DNA of 63,589 nt, filler included, from Squatina squatina (GCA_031763465.1; 3 parts of 3 records of this genome joined end to end with filler, not necessarily neighbours in it); one strand, 5' to 3'; shown: positions 36,311-51,081, counted from the first letter of the whole stretch. The notes: generated from the letters alone by a model not told the origin. Made by a program: numbers and translations.

Positions 36311-36869
36311 GCTGAAAAGTGATTAGCACCAAATACATAGCTCCTGGAATTGGTCACGTTGAGAATGCTTTTCACTCTAAGAGCTGACCTGAATAACATC
36401 CCATTAAGCCCCATTAAAGCCACCACAGATTATTTTTTTAAAGAGACGAATGCCTCATCTCTTTGCAGGAATCTCAACCTGGTGCTAACAGATGGTTTTT
36501 TGCACCACCTAACACTGGCAATGTGGCGCTAACCAATTGGGACCCCTCCCTCTTGTACCTGCCAAAATATTGACTGAAAATAAAAGATGCAGTTTTGATA
36601 TGTTTACCCATTTTCTGGAATTCATCTGAATACCAGATGTACCGATCACTCTTTAAAAATAATGTTATATTCATATTTTAAATAATAACTTGTACATAAT
36701 GAATATCCAAAGCCTCGACTGAAAGATTGCTCTATACAAACCAGAAGTGTTACAGAGCTTGTTTATGTAATTCTAAAATGCAGTCTTGATATTTACAAAG
36801 AAGCACATGCTGAGGTGATGAAGTTGACTCCTGGATTCAAAGGAGGAGAAATTCAGATGCTTTGTGCTA

Positions 36870-37584
36870 CTGTTAGCACCTGCAGGAGGTTGGCAATGGG
36901 GTGCTAATTGGTTACTGACCGGACGCAGCGAATTCACCGATGCCTGTGAACTTCCCTGGTGATTTTGCACTGGAGCTAACACTTACTGCCTCGCCCTGTT
37001 GCGCCCCGTAGATCATGACATCCTCTGATGCGCAGCCCCCCGTTACTGTCCTGGATGTGCTATTCGCTCCTGTCCCCTGTAGCATCGCCAGGCATCAACA
37101 GCGACAGCTGCAGGAGGCGCTGCGACATTTAATGGCAGTGGTGGTCAGGTCGGTCAAACTTTATTACTCGTACCAATCTGGTGCCATCTGATTGCTTTTG
37201 ACCCCTGATTTCTGTACAATTTCTCAGCGCTCCACTCTACTTAGAGTGCTTGGGGCTGTAATGCACATTGGGCAGGTCCCACGGCGACACAGAGAGAGCA
37301 TCAAGAATGACTCAACCCAGCATTGGCCCCTCCCTTTAAGCGAGGAAGCAGCCTCTAAAGACGGCAGTGCTGCACTGAATATTGTTCAGTGCTCTGCCGC
37401 TAGTGCCCATCTCACACACTTCTGCACTCTAAGGGAAGTGGTACCGCTTGATTAAGTGTTCCAATTACCTCTAGGAGTGCTAACGCTGTCGTTCCAGTAG
37501 CAGAAAATCAATTTTGCCTGGCGATACTTTTGCAATTATTCAAAAGTTATCGCTCCAAATGGGGTGCTACGCAATTTCTAGCCC
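36870..37584 (-). mobile_element. Non-autonomous Harbinger-like DNA transposon end
   Basis: A CpG-rich block ends in aatttctagccc (reverse complement gggctagaaatt), matching the terminus ggcctagaaatt at 56012. Confidence 0.45.
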
Positions 37585-38124
37585 GAAATTATGGAGTTAA
37601 CACGGAGAGATGAGCACCACAGTGATTGTTGAAACAGTATCAGTGACATTGTTAAATTTCTCGCATGACCACAACGGTCTCAATGGCAATTAGGATTAAA
37701 TGTCTCTTTAACGTGTCAAAAATTAAATATGTTTTGAAAGAAAAATTATCATGATTAAATATTACCAGAAGTGTAAGCAATGTACTTTGGGAGCAATAAA
37801 CTTTCATTTTATGATCGGAATGACTAATAAGCTAATGGAAGGCCCTGGAAGAAAATGACACTGCAATGAATTTTTATGTAAGGATTCTATCTGTGCAGTC
37901 TTTCAGGTGTGTAATAACCACAAATTGAAGCTGCAAATGTTTAAATAGTCTGATAAACGGTTCACCAAACTTTCTAAAGGTTTGTGAATTGTTTTATTTA
38001 CCATATATGGATCATAAAACACATTAATCTGAGACTTTATGGCTACATGTTGAAACCCATATACATTCAGCAGATACTAGAATGAGAGCATTTGATAAAA
38101 TGAAAAACTCTGATGAGGCGTGAG

Positions 38125-38193
38125 TGGTCCTCTCCCTCCCAGAACCATGATAGGGTTTCCCTTGTCCTCACCTTCCACCCTATCGGCCTCCAC
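38125..38193 (+). mobile_element. Penelope-like element fragment
   Basis: PSQNHDRVSLVLTFHPIGLH matches the PLE RT-to-endonuclease linker motif (DRVPLVLTFHP). Confidence 0.6.
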
Positions 38194-40636
38194 NNNNNNN
38201 NNNNNNNNNNNNNNNNNNNNNNNNNNNNNNNNNNNNNNNNNNNNNNNNNNNNNNNNNNNNNNNNNNNNNNNNNNNNNNNNNNNNNNNNNNNNNAATCTGG
38301 TAAAATATGCGAGAAATTCTAATAACACTGCTAACTACATAATGAAGAGTAAATTGCTGCACCTCCATGGACACATCATTTGATATTGAGATTTTGTTTA
38401 ATACTTTCAAATATTGGTCCCTGTATACCACTGTGACATTAATTTGCCATTGCCTGCAGTGGTTCAGTGGTAAGAATAAATAAGTAGAGCTTGATTCCTT
38501 TTTGAGGTGTAAAGGGATTTGAAATAATATTAGCAGCCACAGCTGCTCGATGATTAGGCTAAACAGCAATATAACAAAGTATGAAATCTGGATTAAATCC
38601 AAATGTTCTCAGGGTGGAAACTTTCGATAGTCCCTAATCTAATCTAGCTAAGGTTTTCTCAGGAGTTAGGGTAAATATGTCACGATGTTGGTCTCTTAAC
38701 AATAGATTCAAAGACTGCTGGTAAGATGCACCAAAAATTATTCTGTCCTCAATATCCTACTTATAGTTTATGAATCAGTTTATGAATCACTGAGTCAGGA
38801 TTGGCTGCCTTAATAGTTATCACTTATTGGTCATTCTAAATTATCCTTCTTTTACCAGAAAGAAAGTAGTCGGTATAATCAATTTGTCCTAACTGCATTC
38901 ACTGTTGAAATACTGTGGATGGTACGTTGTAACTAGTCCAAAGTAATCTCACTGTTTATCCTGAAAATATTTGTATATGTTATGCATTATTTTATTAAAA
39001 TGGTGTAAGTTTGTTTGAGAAGGTCTTCAGAGAAAGATCTAGATAAGCGATGCATTGCGTTAAGAACAGAGAAGTAGCCTTGTCCAATGCCTTAGCTGGT
39101 AAGTGTACTGTCTACTGTAGAAGTGAGATTGGAATGCCCCATATTTTAGAAACATAGAAACATAGAAAATAGGTGCAGGNNNNNNNNNNNNNNNNNNNNN
39201 NNNNNNNNNNNNNNNNNNNNNNNNNNNNNNNNNNNNNNNNNNNNNNNNNNNNNNNNNNNNNNNNNNNNNNNNNNNNNNNCCAGAGGCAATTAATTCCTGC
39301 CGTAATGGCCCTAAATGGAAATAGAATCATGTTATGCTCAAAGAAAGCCCATCTGGAGCATAACATTCAACCTCTAGAGCCCTGTTTAGTCGATTGCTGA
39401 TGCAGTGAAGTGCCTACTTTTTCCTTTTAAAAGAAATTAGGTGCTATTAAATTCTGCTTCGAGGTGCTATTCTAAGTATGGTTTTAAGAGCTGTAAAATT
39501 GGATGCTGTTTGAGACTCATTATGGTCAAAACAAAAAAGAGAACTTTCTGAGCAACTTTTATACGAACTTACTCAGTGAAGGTAAGAGATGTAGTGGCTG
39601 ATAACTCAAGGGCAAATGTCCAAGGTCTACAATGCACCAGAGGTGCTCAGTATCCCCTATTGCAGATGGTGAATGGAGATGGAGCCAGGAGCCAATATAT
39701 AGAAATACATAGAAGTTGCAACATGCAATTAGGCCCAACCAGCTCGTGTTGCCATTTACTCTCCACACAAGAAAATAGCCTTCATGTATTTATCCACCAT
39801 ATTCCCATATCCTTCATCCCAAGTTGTACACTAGGATAATAAGGCTCCTAACTTTCACTAAATTAAGCATTTGCCCCATAATGTGACTGAACAACACCTC
39901 AGTCAGATAGCGCTCATTTGTAGCNNNNNNNNNNAAAGGGAGCTCTGTTTAGATTTGGGCACCATCACCTTTTTCCCCTGAACACCCCTGGGCTCCTTCG
40001 CTCAACGTCTAGTACACCTCACATCCCTCCATGCCTCTTGTCACTTGCCCCTAGCAGCCAGCCTTATCACAGCTGGCCCTCTCCTACCCCAACCCACCTC
40101 AATATTTTAAAATGACCATATTCTGCAATATTGTAATTTCAGCAGTAATAACATTTTAATAGTTCTGTGGATAAGTAAATGAAACCTTAACTTTTTTTTT
40201 TATTGCTGATTTTTAAAAACCCTTTTTTTTCTCGTGTTTTATTTCTGGCAACTAAAACTTGAAGTAGGGGAGCTTCGTTAAAATATGGTAAATTTGGAGA
40301 AAATGAGTGAAAATCAGTTTTATTTTGAACCACTGAACTCCAAGAAAATAAACAACGTTCTGACAATTGTAATTTTCAGTTCGGATACTACTTTTGTGGC
40401 CCTCAACAATGCCAAAAGTAATGTTCTGCAAAGGATCATAAACTGAGGACTGAGGAGTGGATAAGATCAGATCCTCTGCTAGCTCCCCACCAACTTGGAG
40501 AGTCCATCAGGACCCAGTGATTTGAGTTTTAATTTTTTCTTAACCATGTACTTTCCTATAGTTATAACAATTTTTCCACATCCTGCTCTTGTACACCTCA
40601 ATTCTCACTTCCCTCATCATTTGCAAAATATTTAAT

Positions 40637-40773
40637 GGCTTGGATTTTATGGGGCCTCTGACAGCATACACAATCGTAAATGCTGAGTGTCCCTGCAAGT
40701 TCCAAATTTCCACATGCGGGAAAACCCGGAACTTGCGATCTGTCAAGTTTATCCTTGACTGATCATACGCATC
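40637..40773 (+). mobile_element. MITE-like element end with an internal palindrome
   Basis: Starts ggcttggattttatgg. Contains the inverted repeat gcaagttcc (40695-40703) / ggaacttgc (40728-40736) enclosing tttcc-acatgc-gggaaa. Confidence 0.4.
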
Positions 40774-43700
40774 NNNNNNNNNNNNNNNNNNNNNNNNNNN
40801 NNNNNNNNNNNNNNNNNNNNNNNNNNNNNNNNNNNNNNNNNNNNNNNNNNNNNNNNNNNNNNNNNNNNNNNNNTGAATTAATGCCCTGCTTTGTAATGTA
40901 GGATTAATGGAAATGAGAACAGAGTGCACATTGTCATAATTCACTTCCACTAGGCATTTGTCGCATTTGTCCAACTGAGTTTAAAATCCATCTTCCGTAT
41001 CTAATGCTACTGGCACCAGATAAGTCCCACTGCACTGCACCAACACCACTACTAATGTTGCTCCCTGGTCCCAACTGACATTTTAACTTTTGTTTCCTAG
41101 TATCTCTCTTGCTGGATACCTTGCAGTGTATCCTAAATTTGCTCACAGAATATGCGGTAAAATGTTACTACGTTACAAATGGCAGTATTAGAACGTTGGA
41201 TATGCACAAGGAGTCCATCAGCATCTGAAAAGATAGTTTAATATTTTGCATAATGGATCCTTTGTCAGAACCATCAACACTCAGCACTTGTTAAAGTGAT
41301 GAAGGAGGTAAAGGATGATCTGAAACTGAGAACCAGGGCAGCTACAATGTAAGATTAAACCCATGCTGCTAGAGAAAGAATACATGCAATGGCTTATGAT
41401 AGAGAAGCTGGTTTGAACGGAATAGAGTTAGCAGTAATCAGAGGAGAATTGAATATCACAGATGTATTGGACCCAAAAGAGGAAAGGTGAAAGTTCAGTT
41501 GGAATCCACTGAGCACGAGCTGGAGCTGGAGGCAGAAATTGAGAAAAGAAATATGCCTGTAAAAATAGGATGGAGCAAATACACATTTACAAGCAAGAAG
41601 GGAAATGGACCAAAAAGACAAGCAAAAATTATGTTGGAAAGCGTACAAGAACTTTTCCAGACGTGGCATAATTAGAAGAGAACTGGCAGTGAATCAAAGA
41701 GCAGAGATAAAAAGAGAAATATGCAAATGTTAGATATCTTAAAAACAGAAAACACTCCAAATAAGTTGCAGGTCCATTAGTATCTGAAAAGATGAAAGAG
41801 AGTTTAACATTTTAGACAATAGACATTCTTTGTCAGAACACTTCGGATATGCATGCTCTTATTGGCTGGAAATTCATACATACAAATGGAAGAAGGCAAC
41901 AAAATTCTTTGCAGCTGTCTTGGCCTAGCAAGAATGGCAGTGAATAAGTTGGCACAGGTGGCTGTGCAGCTGGCAGAATTATGTGTTGTGGTGAGTTATT
42001 TCCTCAATAAACAGAAAATGAAACTTCCAATGCTGGATATAGAATAAAAACAGAAAATAATTGGAATATATAACAGATCTGTTCGCAGTTCAAAAGAAAA
42101 AAGGCAGTTTAATGTTTTAGTAAAGGTCATTTGTCAGAACTGAAAAGAGAACGCAGGCAAGAACCTTTACATGACTGATTAAAGCAAGAATGGGAGGGGA
42201 AACAAGAGCAAATGTTCAATGGCTAAATATGCTAAATACTGGTACAAAAAAGTAGCTATTGAGTTTAAAGATCTGTCAAAGTTTTTTTGGGAAGCTGTAC
42301 AGAGGTGCTGGATAATATATAAAGGTCATTTCAGTGGGGCATTTGAAAAGGTATTAGATATACGAACAAAGTCAATCAGATATAGCTCAACGGTCAAATG
42401 TGAAGGACATTTATTGGGAAAGTGTAGCAAGTACAGAGCTGAGGTCTATCAACTGTATCAATTTTAGATCTTAGCAATGGTGAAATTCAACTTCAACGGA
42501 GGCAAAAACAGATAGTAGTGGATCGGCCACCCATTATACACTCAGCTCCATCATCCTTTTATCCCACCATTTTCCATCTCCCACAAGATGAAAGCATACA
42601 TAAAAATGTAATTGCAGCTCTTAGTGATCAACCTGGCTTTACTTCAAAAACAACAACAACTTGCATTTATATGGCACCATTAATATAGTAAAAATGTCCC
42701 AATGTGCTTCACGTAATGTTATCAGACATNNNNNNNNNNNNNNNNNNNNNNNNNNNNNNNNNNNNNNNNNNNNNNNNNNNNNNNNNNNNNNNNNNNNNNN
42801 NNNNNNNNNNNNNNNNNNNNNNNNNNNNNCCCCCAACAGCTGAGTTTTAATGAGAGATCCAGTATTCGCTGTCAACATTTTAAAGTTTACTGTCGGGTTG
42901 CAAATTTATTTTAAGTGGTTTATAAATGTCACTTCATGAGGCGAAAGATAAAAGTATACTTAAGGGCAATGAACACTGTGAAGTTAGTTCATTTACATAA
43001 CCAATCTATGTGGAAATTAGGTATTTGAGAGAATATTTTTTCAGGTACAGTGTGAAATAGCCTAAGAGAAGATTGATCTCTGTGCCAGTATCTACTTTAT
43101 CAATTAAATATAAAATATTTGCTACTCTGTGCCTTAGAGTTATTCTCTGCCATAGTAATTTTTCTAAGTAGTTTACAGAGTTATTATAGGTAACAGGCCG
43201 GAAATACTGTGAGTCTGTGAATGATAGAGAAGCAGCGCGATCCTGCTTGCAGCACTGCGAGAATCATAACAACACAAACAGTGGCATCACCAAAACGGAA
43301 ATCATTTCTTCTCTTCCCAATGTGAAGGAATAAAACTCCAAGAGCAGAAAATAGTAGAGTAGAAAAGCAAAATCTAGATCACAAGCAATTGAATAGAAAG
43401 TGCTGAAACCAAAAAGAGCCTAAAACCAGTTGAGAAGTGGACTCAGGGACAAGTAATACTGGTTGAGGGGAAGACGAGAGGAAAGAAAAGCCATTACAAA
43501 AATAAATAGCAGAAGAACCTAAAATGAGAAGAACCTAAATGAAGGACTTTCAATCACTCTGCCCGACAGAAGCAGGACGGAATGAGAGTTAACATCCAAG
43601 CTCAAATTCCACTGTTTTCTTTGGCGGCTGAAGTGCTCGCCTCACTCTAGCAGGAGCCTTCTATGAATATCGAGATTACACTAAGTGTCATGGGAGCCTG

Positions 43701-43789
43701 GCAGTTACAAATTGGAAGCCCTGCTCAGTAAAATATGGCAGATATTCAGCAGAATCCTGACTCTAAACATGGGCGGATTCCCATTGATA

Positions 43790-43936
43790 GCCCCGCTGAG
43801 TAAAATCAATCCATTACCCATTGTAAGCCCCGCTCAGTAAAACCTGGCAATTACCCATTGGAAGCCCCGCTCAGTAAAACCTGACCATTACCCATTGGAA
43901 GCCCCGCTCAGTAAAACCAATCCATTGCAATTTGGA
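43790..43936. repeat. 37-bp tandem repeat, ~4 copies
   Basis: gccccgctcagtaaaacctggcaattacccattggaa recurs at ~43790, 43827, 43864 and 43901. Confidence 0.85.
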
Positions 43937-44573
43937 NNNNNNNNNNNNNNNNNNNNNNNNNNNNNNNNNNNNNNNNNNNNNNNNNNNNNNNNNNNNNNNN
44001 NNNNNNNNNNNNNNNNNNNNNNNNNNNNNNNNNNNNATTAAGGACAATGAAAACAAAGGCTCATGAAAGTTTCAATACAAAAACAAAACAAAGAAAATGA
44101 GCCAAAATTGCCCAAAAGCACTGTTTAAATCTCTGTAGCCATTAACTGACATCCTGCCTGAAGGTCTGTTGGGTAAAGTTTTGATCTTGGTGTCCAGGAC
44201 ATTCAGTGGGTGCAAAATAAAACAGATGTAACTGATATTCACCCAATTGTGTGGTCCATTATGCCCTATTGGGACCCAAAAATAGACACAAATCAAACCA
44301 GTTTTAGTGATTGCACCTCCTCCTCTAATTACTCAAATTGCTAAACACACTGCCAAATGTGAGGAAAAGAAATTAGCCAGGGATTTTATTTCTGAACATT
44401 ATTCAGTGAAAGCTGCTGGGAAAATACACATTTGTGGACATGAAAATACACATATGTTGCACCCACTTCCATAATGCAGCTGAGGTCAGGAGAGCAGAAG
44501 CCGCACTCCCTCCCTCCACCCTTCAGGACAAGTGTCCCATCATAAAGTCCATTATGTCTAAATACATGAATTA

Positions 44574-44930
44574 ACAACAACAATAACGTGTAGTTATATA
44601 GCACCTTTAATGCAATAAAACAGCCCAAGACGCTACACAAGAGTGTTATCAAATAAAATTTGACACCGAACCCCATAAGGAGATATTGTTGCAGTTTACC
44701 AAAAGTATGGTCAAAGAGGTAGGTTTTAAGAAACTTCTTAAAGGAAGAAAGAGAGGTACAGAGGCAAAGAGGTTTAGGGTGGAAATTCCAATGCTTTAGT
44801 GCCATGGCAGCTGAAGGCACGGCTGCCAGTGGTGAAGTGATTAAAATCAGGGATGCTCAAGAGGCCAGAATTGGAGGAGCACAGATATCTCAGAAGGTTG
44901 TAGGGCTGGAGGAGATTATGGAGATAAGGT
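44574..44930 (-). mobile_element. L2-type LINE 3' end
   Basis: aacaacaacaataac...ttatatagcacctttaatg...ggtcaaagaggtaggttttaag...gccagaattggaggagc. The same tail begins at 42650-42729. Confidence 0.65.
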
Positions 44931-47900
44931 TAGCAAATATTTGAACATCCTTGACTGTGTTGGAAAAAATAAATCAACACTACTGTGACTGTTGCAGTAT
45001 AACATCACAGCCAGGCGGGCACAATATCAGATGTGATGCCTGCCAGTTGGATGTCCTTCAGATAAGCTATAGCTTTCCAACCACATTTTAAAAATATTTT
45101 TAGCTGCTAATGCTGCTCATATTAAATATGTGGAGGCATGTTGTTGTGCTTTTGTTTGTTTTTTGCATTCATCGAGAAAAATAAGATCAGAGGGACACAG
45201 GGTTTTACCTCACTATCACTGACATTTTATTGCATTGCGAAAAATTCACTCATCAAAGGCCACAGCCTGACGATTCTAAGAGAGAATTTTGATGGAAATC
45301 AAGTCACTGAAGTATGAAATTATTAGTCCTTTGTTGAGTATGAATGTGGCAATCCTTGGAATCTAATCTGCAGTAAAAAGGTAGAAAATAGGCTCCTGAA
45401 GGTCAGGAGCAGCGGTAAAGATCAGGAGGAAGGAATAAATGCCTTGATTGAATATTTGGTGATGAGGGACAATTGGATGTCTGTGGAAAATAGATGGTTT
45501 AGATCATTCAAGTTAGTGAAATATCTTAGAAGTTTTCAGAATATCTGAAGACTCGTCATACACATGCTCCGATAGCTTTTATACTGGGATGCTGTAGTAG
45601 AATACTTACTCTCCAGAAATGAAATAGTTCACAGGAGCTGGTGTAAACCTACTTGTTCATTTAAATTCAATCAAATTTAAATTTAATCAATCTTAAATTG
45701 GATTTTGAAATTACAATAGATTCCATGATCCCATCAGTAGTGAAGAGAGAAAAATTGCTAGTCAATCATTTAAAAAAAATTTCTTTAACTTTATTAAGTC
45801 TCATTTACAACATATCAAAGGCTTAAAGCAGACTGGGTATGGGCACCCTTGCACTTCATGATCTAGCAGTCTGGGCATTTCACTTCAAGATATTACAACA
45901 TAACTAAAGTTAAGCAATATCTTTAAAGTAGCTTTTTCAAAGAGGAAGCACCTTCTTAATTCAATTTTAAGTAAAACAAAATGCCGCACTTGTTTGACAT
46001 CTTCTTTCCCTTGTTTCACTCCTCTCCATTTAGATAAGTACTACAATGTTGATCTTGTCAACCAAAAAGCGACGAATATGAAAAGCATAGCAAAGGACTT
46101 CTATGCATGCCATTAGCAGCCTTTGAAGAAAAATTCAAGCATCAACATAGTGTAAAAGGAAACCATTTTATTTTTCAATGAAAAAAATCAGAAGTATTCA
46201 ACAGTTGAATTAAAATATTTCAGACGTGGGAGGAAAATGCTTTACTTTAGGTGGGAGTTGCAGAAATCTAGTTGTCCCTCAAATAAATGACAAAATCATT
46301 CTGGTGGCGGCACACACAAACCCTTCACTTTATGTATAAGATGTAAATNNNNNNNNNNNNNNNNNNNNNNNNNNNNNNNNNNNNNNNNNNNNNNNNNNNN
46401 NNNNNNNNNNNNNNNNNNNNNNNNNNNNNNNNNNNNNNNNNNNNNNNNAACTCTGCTGTGGGTGGGAAGTCCTACAATAATTTTGACAGCAAATTTCCAT
46501 TCCCTAGATCACCAGCAGAAGTGTGGTAGCATGCATTTGCAGGAGGGATGAAAATGCTTGGTGGGGGAAAAGAGTGTCATTGTGAACTAAAGACAAGAAG
46601 GAGGAAGATGAGTGCCTATGTGGATGGGGAAAGGGGGGAAAGAGTGCTTCTGTGTCACTAGCCAATGAAACAATTATAAAACAAATTAATGATCTGATTT
46701 AGCAACAGAGTACCAATACATATCCACAACAGGCGACAATTTCTATGCAAGAAATGTGGAAAAATCACAGCAATTTTCCACAATCTTCCATTGCAGTAAC
46801 CAAATATTGAATATGCCTGCTATTTAAATTATGTTCTGCTGCACCATCACTATAAATATATGCTATCATAGGCCTATATTCGGTGATGTTTTTGGGTTGT
46901 TGGTTTTTTTGAAGCTCTTTGTTAGATTTTGCTAGTTTTCTAGTTTTCAAATCCTCTGGGATTTGGTTTCAAATTTAGACAAGATGAAAGCAATGGAGTC
47001 TATTTAGGGATACCAGGGGAACAACTGCAATGTTTTTTGTTTGACCCAGGAGCAATTGATGCTGATGGGCGCCAGTGTGTCACTCCCCAGCACTATAATG
47101 CTTCATGTTGATGAGCACAAAAAATGTTGTTTTTAAAGTCTCACTTGACAACATCAATTTAATGCTGGTTAAAATCACATCTAACTATTCGAGCACATCC
47201 ATAATCACACACTATATACAACATCAAATTACAACTAGAAGCAATGCTAATCACGCCCTGAATTTATCCTCTGATCTGTGTTAGTTCTACTGATCTTTCT
47301 CACATTTTATTTTCATTCCCTTTTATTACATCTAGCATACTCCAAATGTTACTTATTTTCCTTTGCATTTCTAATCGTTTATTTTGACAAGTTGATTGAC
47401 ATTGCATTAATTAACCTTGGTTTGAATCTATTATTCCATGTGAAAAAAATTCTAATCTCCAATCTCATTTGGGATTTGCTGTTTTTGTTTTTATTGTCTC
47501 TACTTCTTCTACTAGAACTTAAATAGACTTTCCTGCTTATGTCAATATTATCTATTTTCTTCAGCATTTTAGATGTTCTAAAAGCATCTGGTCATTGTGA
47601 GGCAGTCATTAATAAAGCAAATTGAGTACTGGAACTTTCTAAAGTGCATTAGATGACATGTCAGAATAACATATTGCATTTGTTGACAGTGACTTGTGCC
47701 AGTTACAGGGCAACTAGAAGCCCACATTAAGTAGGTGGGGGAGGATATTGGCAGCAGAACTACTCACAGCAAAAGTTGCTTTGCTCCTGATGAACCATGC
47801 TACCCTTTGCATCCATGATTGCTGACCCCATTGTGAACCCTGAACAGCAAAGGAGGGCTTTGGGCTGGAAGCCTGAAAGTCTATTTGCTGTTCCATATCC

Positions 47901-50384
47901 GCTACCTCCAACTGCAAGAAGAACATGCCACACAGCTTCAACATAATGGAGTAACTACAAAAGGAAATGGTTGTGCACAATGCTTGGAATTGTACTGCCC
48001 AGACGTTTGGCAAGTGCCCAACTGAGATTATGACCTCCCAAGAAATGTGTGCGAAAGTGAGGTGCATACTCACACTCACCTTGTTCCTTATACCAGGACA
48101 TGTCTTCCTCATTTTACAGGTGGCTGCAAGAAAACTGAATTATTGCATTGGCTTGGACACACCTGGCAACTGTGCTCTGACAGAATAGCACTGTACAGCT
48201 CAAATAAGCAAATACCCACTTAGGTGCAACTTCTACAGTAGGACCTCCAACCCTTCATATCAAGGGGAGAAGTGTTTCCCATATATCTTTACTGTCCTCC
48301 TGTGAATAATTCAGTAATTTCTCTGTCCTCGTCACAACTATGGTGAGCTGCAGCCCTTTAAGAGCTACTCTTCTGNNNNNNNNNNNNNNNNNNNNNNNNN
48401 NNNNNNNNNNNNNNNNNNNNNNNNNNNNNNNNNNNNNNNNNNNNNNNNNNNNNNNNNNNNNNNNNNNNNNNNNNNTAATCACCAAGTTTCTTTAATTTAT
48501 ATCCTGAGGGTACTGCAGAAGTCCATGACAGATAATATAAAATTAGTGCTAATCTAATCATCAGCAGGCATATGGGTTGCAATATAATCCTCCCTATTCC
48601 TCAACATAATGAGTATTTAAATTTTCTTATCACAAAACTGAAGCTATGTTCATTAAAAAAAAAGTTAGATGAAAATACATTTTGAAGACTTTTTTTTACA
48701 TTTGCCATGGAGCAGACATGAAATATGCAGGTATGGGGAATTAATAACAGGGTAATGCAAAATATTCAGATATGTGGAGTGAATGACAGGATAATCCAAA
48801 ACAAAGCAAATGATAAACTGAAGACATTATTTTCTTTGCTGATTCTAAACTATTTGATACTACCAATGTTTCACTTCACGCTGAAGAACTGCATGAGTGA
48901 ATAATATCGGTGAATGCATTTATTTTACATATATATTCAAAAGAAAGAAACACACAAATGCTTTGAACCCCAAAACTGTCAAATAGAAATATTTTCCACT
49001 AAATTGATAGCTTTCACAAATTGTTTCCCTCCCAATTACCTGTATTTTTCTGAAATCACTTAGTCCTGTTAGGATACATGTCCACAAGCAATGGCAACCC
49101 TCAACTATCTTCCTCAACCGCCCTTATCATTTGTGATCCGAGACTATCAGCAGACGATTTGGCTGTGGACAGCATTACAGCTAAAACTGATCCTGATCTC
49201 TGCTGCTGCACACACACATACTTTCTAACAGGAGTCNNNNNNNNNNNNNNNNNNNNNNNNNNNNNNNNNNNNNNNNNNNNNNNNNNNNNNNNNNNNNNNN
49301 NNNNNNNNNNNNNNNNNNNNNNNNNNNNNNNNNNNNATCCACAGAGTTTCCAATCAATATTGGGGAAGTTGAAGTCCCCCATGACTACTACTCTGTGACT
49401 CCTGCACCTTTCCTGAGATCAGGTAACTCAGACCAGGATTTGAAGCTACAACCTTATTCTCTGTATGGGTCAGTTTTTCACTGGCCCATTGCACCTAACA
49501 ACCAATCTCATGCTAAAGATTTCAGAATTTATTCAATAAATGCAATTTCCATAATCATTTATGCGTTTGTTTAACTTGAAGACAATCAACGTGTTAACTT
49601 TGCCAGTTGCATATTTGATTTAAAAAAATGAATATTTCAGCAGTTGTTGCTAACTTAAGCTCTTTGAGTCATAAATGCCAATATAATGTCAATACTGATA
49701 TGATAATATTTGATATGATGATTTGCTGTGAGAGTCATTCGGTAATCTCAGTCTGACAGTTGTGCGATACAACATGTCCCTGGTAGAAATAAGTGGTGGC
49801 TGTTATTGGCATTATGTCAGTACTTACTACTAACACTGTTATATTGGAAAATTCTGGCAATAAATAAATACATTAGCAAATAAATAAACTAAAAATAAGC
49901 GCAGTGAAGCACAAAATAAAGTAGTAAGCCAACATTTTCCTTCCTTCTCCTCACTTTCCCAGGTTTTAGAAGATTTTCGAAAGGCATTCATGTTACAGAA
50001 ACAATTGTCTAATTTCTCTGTTAACAGATCCATGAGTAGTGCATTCTTTATGAGAGGTGCTATTCAATCTGACAGTATTACATAAAAAGTCAACTCTACA
50101 AATACTTTAACTCCTTCACTGCTGAATAAAATCTGTGTAAGACTTGCAGGAACTGTTGTCCTGCAGCATGTTATTTTAAATTTGTTCTCAGGGTGATGGT
50201 AACAATGGCAAAGTAGCATTTATCGGCCATTCCTAACTTCCCTGACAGTGGTGGGTCTTCCCTTCAAGTTTTTGTGGTGATGGTGTTCCAACAGTGATAT
50301 CCACTCCCACAGAAAGGGAAAAATTAATGCCACTGTTTGCTGGGTAAAGCTGTGTTTATGTTTGGTTTTATATGTGAATATAGA

Positions 50385-50670
50385 GTGGAATTGGAGACCA
50401 GAGATAGATAAAATGGAGGGGAGACTGGCATTAAACAACATGGAGTAAGTAATACAGTGCTGGTTAAAATGGTGCAGGAAATCAGCAATAGATACAATGG
50501 AGTGTGAGACTGGCAGTAGATAAAGTGAGGAAATGGCATTAGATAAAATGGAGTGAGAAACCAGTGTTTAGTAAGGTGGGAGACAAGTATTAGTAAAAGT
50601 AGAGGAAGAAGGGCAGGAGACTGGCATAGGAAAAAATGGAGCAGGAGAATAAAATGAATTGGAAATGAGT
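50385..50670. repeat. Degenerate ~28-bp purine-rich tandem repeat
   Basis: Recurring gagactggcattagataaaatggagt-like units. Confidence 0.55.
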
Positions 50671-50981
50671 TCTGAAGTAATTGGAGAATGAGCACGTACC
50701 AATTGTATTTTCTGACTGTAATTGTGATCCTTTGTACAGTTGTACAGTTTCCTACTGGATAAAGTTGAGCTGAGGAACAATGATGTGTAAAGTAGAATGG
50801 GGGAAACGGTGCTGTAGAGAGTGCAAGCTGAATGCCCCTCTTATTGATAATATTTCTCAAAATTCTTTTATCACTTTTTTATTTGTTCTCGAGTTGTGGG
50901 TGATGTTTACAGGGCTGTATTTTCTGCCCATCCTTAGTTGCCCAGGGAAGCTGGTAGTAGGTCTTATCCTTGAACAATTGC

Positions 50982-51081
50982 NNNNNNNNNNNNNNNNNNN
51001 NNNNNNNNNNNNNNNNNNNNNNNNNTTAATTAATTAANNNNNNNNNNNNNNNNNNNNNNNNNNNNNNNNNNNNNNNNNNNN
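50982..51081. other. Artificial scaffold linker N44-TTAATTAATTAA-N44
   Basis: Same construct as 30561-30660; the 12-mer is at 51026-51037. Confidence 0.95.

Noticed and set aside
41290-41700. Purine-rich stretch as retroviral gag or LINE ORF1
   Set aside because: No diagnostic motif could be identified.
41230-42145. Hammerhead ribozymes in Penelope-type terminal repeats
   Set aside because: The cores are degenerate (CTGACAA and AAAAT instead of CTGANGA and GAAA), so an active ribozyme cannot be supported.
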